Both the position numbers and the translations under genes were made by a program. From assembly GCA_051294375.1 (NCBI GenBank), contig CM119268.1, positions 17,424,502 through 17,488,501 on the forward strand: a stretch of 64,000 nt of DNA, in the 5' to 3' direction. The stretch comes from Paraspadella gotoi (Eukaryota; Animalia; Chaetognatha). Positions 42,071 to 52,900 of the stretch are shown here, piece after piece. The notes beneath the pieces were generated by a model, which was not told where the DNA came from, did not search any database, and saw nothing but the letters and a program-made list of their open reading frames with translations. Every line of letters begins with the position of its first letter. The stretch's first letter is position 1.

Positions 42071-42250
42071 GATTATATTCTGATTCTGTCGATAAAATGT
42101 AATAATTATTTGTTTTGAGTCTTGTTTTAAAAAGCGTCAAAATATTAGGGACGAAAGATCGAAAGAGTCCAAAGGCCATCGAATAACGAGAACAAAAATA
42201 GGTTTTCTTGCCGTGAAAAAAAAATTACCAAAAAAAAATTAGGGAAAGCC

Positions 42251-42483
42251 TGTAAGAGCAGGAAAAGGCTTATTGCTATATCTTCTTTAGCAACGGCGGG
42301 GATCACCTTCTGGGTTTCCCATTGGTTGACGGTAGGGGCTACGAACCATGAGTGGCCATCTTCGACCATTGGCACGGTCCCTTAAGTATCTTCTTGCATT
42401 CTTAACGAAGCAGAAGGCCCGAAGGATTGAACCCGGAACGGTGCCTTAGCCCCTTAAGCTATTGTGTCTTCGTTGACTGTACA
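42251..42483 (-). mobile_element. tRNA-derived short element: solo LTR of a third TRIM family, or a SINE
   Basis: Minus strand starts TGTAC and ends CTCTTACA. Contains A-box TAGCTTAAGGGG and B-box GGTTCAATCC with the anticodon arm missing. It is a GC-richer island; no TSD seen. Confidence 0.4.
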
Positions 42484-43073
42484 TAGTTTAGGGTGAGGAC
42501 GATTTAAGTCTCCACCACTCTTAAAACCTTTCATTTTATTAAATTGAAATTTTTTTAAAATTTTTATCTTTTCTCAGTGTTCGTCATCATCTCGATCGTT
42601 TCTTCTGTTGTTGATAAGATAAGATTAAAAGATTAAAATAATAGGAACAAAAACAAAAAAATCTGATAAGATAACCGCCAGACAAAATGAGAATAAAAGG
42701 AAGTAGAATAAATGAAAAGCGATCAAAGGCCGAAATAAGTAGCAAAAAGAAAAAAGAAGAAAATCAGCGAGAAGCGATCGTGGGCTGAATGGGGAAGTGA
42801 AGGAGAGTTGAGCTTAACGGTAAACAAAGTAATCGAATTAAGGGAGAAACGCGACTGTAATGCGAGAGAATATTTATATATAAAAAAGCCAGGATAAAAA
42901 AATTAAAGGCTGAGAAATAAAAGGATGACGACGAGAGACGCCCGAAGCTCCGCGTCTTGGGAGAAGAATTAAGCGATTTCGGTAGACATTTCTCCAGGGA
43001 GAGGTAAGGGCGGGAAAGTGCGGCCCTTATCTTAAAATATTAGACCAACGCTGCCGGTAGACCGACTAGTCTT

Positions 43074-43116
<43 letters not shown>

Positions 43117-44826
43117 TTTCTTAGTAAAAAAACCTTTTCTCCCATCCCAGTATCTTTTCTCCTTTTAAAACATCAAAATTCCTTCATGTTTTCTCCGATT
43201 CTAACACTTTTAGTTTTTAGTTTCCTCTCGTCCATTCTTCCCCATTCTTTTCATTTCCTAATTCTTTGTTCCCCGTCATGTTCTCCCCACTTCGATTCCC
43301 TCTCATCATTGTCTTCATCATTTCACATTTTCTTCCACCCCAACGCCATCTTTATTCTTATCCTCCTTCTCTTTCCTCTCTCCCTACTTTTTCCCCTTGC
43401 CCGAATCGTTATCGGCGGACCCAATGGTCTCTCTTACATCACCGGCATTAACCCATTTCGTCCACGCAGAAAGGAAATCTGCGACTAAAAAAAGAAGGGG
43501 GTATGGCGGGAGGGAGGGGAGGAGGGAATAAGAGAGATCGGCAGGGCGGAGAACGGCAGCGCGCCACGCCCTCTTCCGGTCTCCGCGATTCCAGTTTAGA
43601 GGCCAACAAATCAAGACGGAGGCCTAGCGATTCAGTTCGTGCTGGGTGGAGCTTTGGAAAGAAAGAATGAATGAGTCACGCTGGAGCCGCTTTGAATTGA
43701 AGGAGCGGGAGAAAAAGATGAGGGGGAGAAGGGATGCAAAAAAAAGATAGGAGCAAAGGAAGAAAAAATAGAGAAGGGATGAGAAGAGATCGAAAATGAG
43801 AAGTGAGGCGGAGAAGAAACGAACTCAGGTCCTGAGTCAGGACAGACTAAATTGGCATTTCTGACGATTTTAGGAACAAACCACGTTTCTCTAAAAAAAA
43901 ATCAAATTTAAATAATAATCATATCAAAATAACTTCACGCCGCATAAGTGATTGGAGAGGAGCTTGAAAGTGAGAGAGTGGTGGTGACCGGTGATCGGCC
44001 AGTGATTGAGACAAAGAGAGATGGTCGCGTGTTGATGTTGCCACACCTTGATCTATCTTGAACAAATAAGACCAGTAGTTTGCAGTCAGAACCGGAGAAA
44101 TAGATTGAAGGATTGAGAGAAAAAAGGGGAAACTAAGGGTCGCACGGAAGCGGCGTTTTTAAAGGGACCAATCCAAAATCATATCGGCGCTAATGGCAAA
44201 AACTGAAAAGCGAAAAGGCGCTAAACTCATTTTATCTCTAAATGGATCAAAGACCGGCTGGTAATCGTCAAGTATTTTTTTTTCTTTTTTATTTTTTCAG
44301 TCGCTAAGTCATTGTTAATATTTTAATTTTTAACGGTTATTTAATGTATTATTATTACGTTATTTTACGATATCTTAAAGAATTTATTATATTTTCCGAA
44401 TATTCTATCGTATTTTTCACGCGATTCCCGATGCCCTATTGCCACTTAATACTTTGCAATTGCCGTTCGGGAAACATCGTCGTAATTCTGATTTCCACTC
44501 AATTCCTTTAGCTTTAGGTTTATTCTTTCGATCGACTAGCGAATTTACGAACGAACGGAAATAGATTACGCCACCGTCCATGGACATCGGGCGCCATAGC
44601 GATTATGCCCTTAGAATGTGGTCGTTGTTTTCTTGTAGAAAATCAGTCAATCTTTCGTCGTCGGTAGTTTTTAAGAATCTTTATATTTCAAAATAAATAA
44701 AAATTGTAATCAGAGACGCCTTCCAGGGCTAGGCCCACTGTGCGTAATCAGCATCCTTAAATCGGCCTCTTATGGCAACAGCCGGGTTGCCTGTGATGCC
44801 CATTGGGATGGGGCATCTCACAGTTG

Positions 44827-44898
44827 GCTTTGGGGGCTTCCGACCCTCAGTGACGCCTCCAGTCACTGGCGCGGTTACCCTAGGACGGTCTCGCTTTG
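44827..44898 (-). ncRNA. Twister ribozyme, circularly permuted (type-P5-like), predicted cleavage between 44877 and 44876
   Basis: Minus strand CAAA-GCGA-GA-CCG-TCCT-AGGG-T^AA-CCGC-GC-CAGTGAC-tggaggc-GTCACTG-A-GGG-T-CGG-AA-GC-CCC-CAAAGC. All twister core elements are present: T1 CGG/CCG, T2 GC/GC, a 7-bp P3, P4 GGG/CCC, and P2 with one C-A mismatch. Confidence 0.78.
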
Positions 44899-46587
44899 TG
44901 TAGGCTAAAATGTGACGGGACCGGTTTAAACATGTCAATGACAGGATTCGGTCAATAATCCTAGTCTATTAGTCCGAGAGATTCCCCACGCTCTGCTCCG
45001 GGTATCACAGAGTACTCCCCCGTTGCTCGTGTTGATAAAAATCCGATCTAAATGTCCCGATTTTTTGAACGGCGCGTTACCGGTTACCCGATCATCCTTG
45101 TCTGAATTGCCGTCATAGAACGACACAACCGGCGTCCAGGACGACATCGGCGACACCTGCAGCGCCATCGGCGGCCAACGACCCAAACACGTATACCCGT
45201 TTCTCCGTCCAAGAGACGGCAAAATCAGGGGCTAATGGTAAGGAAGAACTGAGGGAAAAAAGAATGACCGAATGGAACGCATTGGGCGGAGGAAATGGCG
45301 GATCAAATGGCGGAGGAAATGACGAAGGCGGCGGTGAGGTCGGCAGAGGTCGGAGAAGCGGCGGAGGCGGCGGAGGCGGTGTTGGGGTCGGCAAAGTTAA
45401 TGCTGCGCTTTTTTTATCGGCGCTAGTGGCGATCAACTTTGTCAATGATTTTCGGCAAACGTGAAAAAAAATTCGCCACTTTTTCCGCAAAAAGGATCTG
45501 CCAAAAACAAAGACAATGCGTGGCCTTATCAAAATATCAATTTCGACTAAGCAATCATACTTCCTTTATATCATCTTTAGCGACAATCGGATCAACAACA
45601 ACAACAACAACAACAACGTTTCCCAGAAGACGATTCGTTGAAGCGAAAAACGTTCTCTCTCTCTCTCTCATGGGCGAATATCCGAAGACAGTCGAACCTT
45701 TTGTGTAGAATGAAAAGGGGCGGAAAGGGAAGCACCGACGTTGGAAAGGAAAAAAGAAAGGGGCGGGGAAGTAGGCCCGGCGCCGCAAAAGGCAAACGGG
45801 AGCTGGAAAGGGGGCCCGGCGCCGCAAAAAAAGAATCGGGTTGGCAAAGGATGCTTGGCGCCGCAAAAAGAATATTGGGCTATATGGTATAAATGAAAAA
45901 AAGAAAAAAAGAGTGAGAAAAGAGGCTTGTTAGCTTAAGAGGATTTTTCGTCACTGCTTATATTTTTTTCGTTTTAGCGTCATATTTTGAGGTTTTCTGG
46001 TCCCTTTATACTATCATTTTCTTTTTTCTTTTTTTTGTATATAAGTGAAAGGTGAGTATGGAGGCTCAGCGCCTTAAAAAAGAAATAGCGCGAAGAAGGA
46101 AAATAAAAAAGGCAGGAGATAAAAAGGCCCAGCACCTAAAAAAAAAACGCTCAAATAAAAAAAAGAAGCTCGGCAGTGCAGAGAGAGAAAAGAGGTTGAA
46201 AAGGAGATTCGGCACCGGAATAGGAAAAGCAAACGGGGGAGAATTAGGGAATCAGGATGAGGGAAAGAAAATGGACGGAAAAGATGCATGTCGCCCGAGA
46301 AAAGCGAAGTGCCGTCCGCGAGCATAAGAATCCCTAATTTCTTGGAGGAAAAAAACCGCTTTTTTATGACTCCTTTTTAAGTGGGGCGGTTAAGCGTTTT
46401 TGGATCCCGGCCCGTCGCCTGTTTTTCTTTTTTACGGGGTTAACTTCAAAATTTCAGGAGCCCTTTTTTTTTCCGCAGGCTTAAAATTTTTTCTTGCCTT
46501 TTTGACTCAAATAATCTGGCTAAAGTGTCCCGTGGCTAACTTTAGCGCTTTCGAATGCGAATGAAAACTAATTTGAAGAAAAACTTA

Positions 46588-49500
46588 TCATATGATCTTG
46601 AATAAAATGTAATATTGCATTTTTTTATTATCATTCTCGTAGTCGGCCGGGGTTGATATCTCGATCCCGTGTCTCCGCAGTACCGAGATAAGATCGACTT
46701 CCCTCTCCTCGTCCCCAGCATTCTCCATCAAATCGACGACGACTTCCAAAGATGCTCGCGCCGTCGCTTCGTTCTTCTCTCCTGGCGTCGAGAGAACGTC
46801 GTAGGTCATACGGTCGGTGCTCTGGGATGAAAAGCTGAACAGTGAGGTATTTTTTCGGCCGCTATTACTGTAATTGTCTGCATTCGATTTGATGACTTCA
46901 TTTTGTTAAGTAACATTTTTTTGCATCACAAACATACTATAGACCTGAAACAAGAAAAGAAAGTTGTCCATGAACCCCGTGGTATGCACAGCACGAATTT
47001 GCCCCATGGATATTTTTTCCGTCCTTGATAAGGGCCGACGTTACTCATGTACGAATCTGGTTTTGAAGTGTCAATCGCTGCCGCCAATGAAGCAGTTGGA
47101 CCAGTTTTCCACATCTTTTTTGCCTATATTTTAAAACATTTGTTTGATTTGGGTGATTTGAATAATTGGACATTCTTATCTAATTTTTACAAGTATGAGA
47201 TGTTGAAATTGAAATTGACCTGAATATCCAGAAAGTGATGTTTCTCCTTAAAACCTTGATCAATTTTTTGCTTGATATCTCGAGCCAGGTCCCAGAGGTT
47301 GGTTGACAATTCGACTGCGGTCTTAAGGTAAATCTGTAGAAGAAAAAAATTATCAACTACAGAATTTTTGACAACAATATATGGTGAGAATTTTTTATAA
47401 TAATTAATAATAATATTTATTTATTAATATCAAAAGCCTAGACGCTCACATTGGTTGCGTAAAAGCCACAACGGGTTCCAAGAGGAGAAGCCAGCCTTGA
47501 ACGGATATCAACTGGTACAACTGAAAAAAAGTTATTTATAAAATCAAAGTATGATACCAGATCGGAAGTTAAATTTTTTTTAAGTTAACAACATATATCA
47601 TGGACCTGTATAATGATCTTTAATACCATCAAAATCATTTTGATTTTCCAATTGCAATGCTCTCAGTACACAAACGGCAAAATTGTGGGCTGCCGTCGCT
47701 AAACTTCCAATTGTTACCTAAAAAAAGTGAATAAGTGATTATCGTGAGATTGATTATTGATTGATTGATTATCGTGAGATTATGCTTAGCAAAATGTCCG
47801 ATATCATGGGTTCAACTACAACAATGCCACTTAGCAAAAAACAGTAAGCAAAGTAACGAGCCACGCCCACCTTTTCTTTCCTACATTTCTTCCTCATGAT
47901 CGTCAAATTCGTCTCTTCTCCCTCGAAGAAAAACGTTTTCGTCAGCGGCAACTTCAAAGAGTCATTGGTTCTCGCTTCGGCGACATCAAAGAGAACAAAG
48001 TTCGGTGCTTGAGATTTTTCTATTTTCGTTTGAATCAATTTCTCCAGAGTCGATTCGTGTCCGGAGAGAAACGTTTCTTCGTCGGACGACCCTCTTTAAA
48101 TTTAGTTAATATTTTATAAATTAAACAGATATCATGGTTATTATTTAGAAAAATTTGTCACCTAATTCTAAAAGGGTCCAGACTGATTTCCACTCCTTGG
48201 TCGAAAGCCTCGTAAAATTCCAGTATGTCAGACATTGCGTGCATTCCTGCAAAAGTTAGTTTTCATATTTAAAAATAAAACGATACGTTTTTACAAATAA
48301 AACGATACATGAAAATTTGTCACCGGATCTGCTGTCCGATGTCGCGTGGTGATAAGTGTTCATGACGACGTAACCATTTTGAATTTTTATCAAGGTACAC
48401 CTGGACAAAAAAAAAATGTTTCCTCAAAGAATCATCATCATCATTAGCAGAATCATTATCATCATCCACATTATCCATGTTCTCTCCAACCTGTAGAGCG
48501 GCTTAAAGGAGTCGTAGTTCCACGGCCTGTTGGCTGCTTCCTCCACCAAATCCCAAACTTCAGCCACACCTTCGTGACGTCTTTCAGGGAGACGTCCACT
48601 TTCTCCAACTCTCCCGCCATCGCCTTTCCGCACATCGTCATTTCCGTTTTCACCATCTTTTCCCCGAACTCGATCTACGAAGGCGAAGACGCCGTCGAAA
48701 TCCTCTGCCGGCAGCCAACGCATCGGCGTCGAGCGGAGGTTCGCGCGGCTGCGGAGGTGTGGCTGTTTGTAGATCGTCGCTCTGTAGAGATTGGTCCGTT
48801 TATAAGAAAATAAAATAAATTAAAGGTTATACCACTTCATTGATTGGGAAGCCGGGTGCTCCGGGAGTGAATAAACGGGGCTGTGAGAGAGTCTTGATTG
48901 AAAGCTTGCAGGGACCTACTATGGCATTATCTTGTAATAGTGATTTAGGCCTGTCCAAAGTCAGGGGCAAAATAGCTTATTTATTAAATGAAGTGATATT
49001 TTTTTATATTGGTCGTACCAATTTCATGAAATAAATTATCATAATAATAAATATAATAATAATAATAATAATTATATCATTAGACTGTTAATAATGTGAA
49101 AATAGCGGAATTCCAACTTCAAAACTCCTTTATGATGCCGATAGAAGCATCTAATGTGACTAGCTAAAGAAATAACAAAATGACTAAATAACAAAATATT
49201 AACTCACCAAACTCATCACTCAAAAACGACGCCTGAGGAAAATACAAACAATGAGAAAATAGTAATATTTAGTAATCTCCGTACCTGACTGACTTTTCGA
49301 AGATATCCACATCAAATTCAAACCCTGGATTTGTAGCGAGATGAAATACAGAGTTGATTGTGAATCTCGCCGGTCCCCCTGGAACTGGAACGTAAGTAAG
49401 TTTGGATTAAACTTAGATCACAGAAGAAACACACAACGTTCATCATCAAGTCTTTGACACACCCAGTAACAGCAAGCTACTCTGGAGACACTAAATAAAT

Positions 49501-49796
49501 TTGACTCCGTCGAAGCTCGCTCGGATTAGCACATTAATGTGTGACAACAACAATTCCGTTCGAATTCGATAGTATGTAGTAATTTCAGCAAGTACTACTT
49601 TAAATTGAAGATAAAAATTGTCGCGATATGATTTTTATCTTTAAAAGGCGGGAACCCTCTCCGCTACTCGCAATAAAATCAATGACTTACCCTGCATTGA
49701 GTTTTCTCCTAGTAAAAACTGTTTTTCCCAATCTCCGAGAGGTCGATTCACCCAGAGGCCTTTGTCCTTCGGTCCGAAATCACGAAATGATTCCAT
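46588..49796 (-). CDS. Condensation-domain / alcohol acetyltransferase (PapA5/AATase-like) CoA-dependent acyltransferase, ~11 exons
   Basis: Phase-consistent exons 49796-49691, 49378-49285, 48781-48491, 48400-48324, 48246-48162, 48093-47871, 47717-47606, 47520-47450, 47333-47220, 47123-46945; last exon ~46850-46588 (boundary uncertain). Motifs RPLGDWEK, QPHLRSR, KPLYRCTL, active-site YHHATSDSRSG, CRKEKVTIGSLATAA, PVDIRSRL, LWDLARDIK, SNVG. Confidence 0.85.
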
Positions 49797-49991
49797 TTTG
49801 TCACGAGATGTCGGTGTAAGAGTCGCAAAGCAAAAACGACTCCGCCGATCGATTCAAAACCTAAAAATACTTTATAACATAATAAAGAGTGACCTCAGCG
49901 TATTGTCACTTACAAATGAACTGGCCAAATGTTAGGTGAATGATTAATTTGAAAGAACTACCGGAAACTTCATGCGTTATTTATTTTGTAT

Positions 49992-52900
49992 TGAACGATG
50001 CCGATAAAACTAATTTTCCTTCGTCGCTCTTGTATCATTGCTTGTTATTATCATAGTCTCTATCTTTAGTTTTCCTTCGCGATGCGAGATGCCATTTGTT
50101 TTTGAGATATTGCTTCAGCCCATCGCGAGGTTTGGGTCTGGGCATGTATTTCTGTCCAGACATGCATTCTTGTCCGCGAATGTCCTCCTTTATTTTGTAA
50201 TGTTTTTGCGCATGATCTTTCTGCTCGGGCATGGCCTTTTTCATGATAATAAAACGATGTTTTTGACGAGAGAATAGACTATTCGAGTTTGAAGAAGATA
50301 CTACGCGTTTCCTCTCAGATAGAAATTATTCAGCTCTTTCGAGATAGGCGCGTCTACATTTGGTGAGCCAGATCTAGGGAACATTTTCGTGGCCCTTCTT
50401 ATGCCCCAATAGCCTTTTTAAGGCTGTTTCAAAAAAGATTGTCACAAGATGGTATTTTGCAGACTTTTTTGAAAGCCTATGTCAATAAAATTCTTAAGAT
50501 CGTGCGTAACGGATTTTCCTCGCCTTCTCTTCTTCCCTAGCCGACCTATCCATGTATTTCTCCATGTGGTTGAGGCTTCTATTTCGTTCCGACCCGCGGC
50601 CCGGTGTGTCGGTCCGGCTGCGCCGGACTTCTGTGAATCATTGATGCTCCGGGCGCTTTGTTCGTCCGGCTGACGCCAGTTCCGCCACTAAAAGCTGCAC
50701 CCGTCCTCTCGGACAAATAACTTCCACGGATCGCGTATCGCAGCCATTATGGGTTGAAGACGTCTCAAGAAAATTCAGTATAGATTTTTTCATTGACGAA
50801 CCTGAGAAGTTGAAGATCCTTACGGCGTCTCAACGCGGCGCCTACTCGCCGCTTCGTCCTGGACTGGCCCGACGCGCGCCGCCAAATCCTCTCTACAAGG
50901 ACCAGTCTCGGCGGGTAACCCCGGTGACTGTCTTACGGGACTGCGCGCTCTGGCGGAAGGCCTCTCGGTTCATTGAGTATCTTCAAAGAGCCATCACTCT
51001 TAACGTCCTCCTTTTTTGGATAATTTTTAAGTTATTTTTAAATGTGATTCTGCCGCTCAGGCCAGCCGTCAGTGGACACTTGCAAGTCCTCCTAGTAGGA
51101 GTACATATGGAGTCGGCCAAGCGTCATACGAGAAATACTTGAATAACGACGCGCAAACACCTTTCGTTTTCCACTCTTGCCCAACGCAATGAGGTTGCAG
51201 GCATGAATTTCAAGCAACTCCTAGTTCTATGGAGTGCGCCATAGGGTGATCAAAAGTTGGAATGCTCTACGCCTCTGCTGGCGGAGTCAATAGCTCTCGC
51301 CATTCCATAAATTTCTTGTCTGGATTCCAATTCAGTTATAGATTTGGAGACAAAGCCGTTAACATGCGCACTCTCATGCACTTTTACCCTGCCGCTCTAA
51401 CGTCAAGACGCCAGGAAATGGCAAGAAAATAATCGAGGGAATATGGCAAGCGACGGTCGGCCAAGTGGAGCATTGGCGGCGCGTTCTCAATGCTCTCCAA
51501 GTTCGGGATCTCGAATCGGTCTCGAGTTCCTTGTGGACTTCTGGAAGCCAAGAGGTCAGTCTCTCACTTCCTGCGCTATCACTGTGGGAAATCAAGGACG
51601 CAACCTGAAGGCAAGTTCAAACGGCAGCTAGCGCTCGAGCCAAATGGCTCTTCAGATACATGGAACTATGTGCACAAGGAGATGACTCTCGCGTTTCATC
51701 AAGATTCTGGTCGATTTTAAGGTTTTCTGTTCAATCATCCACACACTGTGACACGCCAATTCCTTGGCGCTGATTTCCTGCCGTCGCGACCACCTCTGTC
51801 GTAGACCATTGCTGGCCGCAAGCTGTTGGACGACCTGACTCTCTGATTTGGGTAATCCCTTAGATCCCCCCCGTTCGACAATTGATGGAAGTACGTGGCA
51901 TCAAGCTGGCGCGTCATACAACATCTTCGATGCTTTTCCAACTCACTGAAGAATCGTATACTCGGACCTTTGACAATCCAAACTTTGTAACTACAAAACA
52001 ACCAGGCGATGGAGAGTTTATTTATTCATCCACATTCTATCTGAAGTGCATCCTGTGTGTCTTTGCAAGGTCTCGATCCGCACTGATCGCCACAGGAAGC
52101 TGGCACGGCAGCTCTAAAGGGTGAGTTTCGCAGGACGTTTCAACGCCATTGACATGTGTCTGCCGATCCAGTCTTTTGCACCAGTCATGGGGCGTCTTCT
52201 GGCCTAAAGCAAGCCATGAATAATCAGCGAAACCCTTGACATGGTGGGCTTCGAGCAGCAAATTGCGAGAAACTTTATTTGGACCGCCATTTCTGTCCCC
52301 TAACAAAGGATAAGATCGCTTAATCCCAGTAATTAAGCATTACTCCAAACGTAACTTCTCCGCCCGCCTCGCGGGATGTCGGTTATACAGTACAAGAATC
52401 GTACCTCAGTCAAGAGGCTACATACAAGTGCTGTACATGCTATGCATTAATGAGAGGCATGTCAATACGACGGGCCTATCATACTCCGTTTGGGTCATTT
52501 TGAAATACTGGCGATTTCCTTTGTTCTACAAAACGCTGCCTCAGGCTTTCCAAAGGGCTAATGGAACTCGAAGTTTGCCGTGTCCTTTCCAGGGTGTTTG
52601 TCTACCTATGACATCCTTGTCGCCTCCAAGGATCAGCACTAGCACACTGGAAGATCTTGCAAGACTCTTTGACGCCTGGCAGAACATGGACTTCATCTAC
52701 GAAACGAGAGAAGTGCGTTCTTGGCCCGCTTCTTTGACTTTCTTGGCCACAAGGTTACGTTCGCTGGCGCACTGTCTCGGCGCCGTCGCTCGACAAGCGT
52801 GGCGGTCATCCGTGCCTTCCCCAAGCCATTGACGATCAACGAACTATACCCGTTTCCTGGGCAGTGTCAATTACTCTTCGGCGTTTCTTGCCGCATGCTG

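Noticed and set aside
44935-46327. Pro/Gly-rich and Lys-rich ORFs as a gene
   Set aside because: Low complexity, no recognisable domain and no consistent exon chain; cannot be supported without transcripts.
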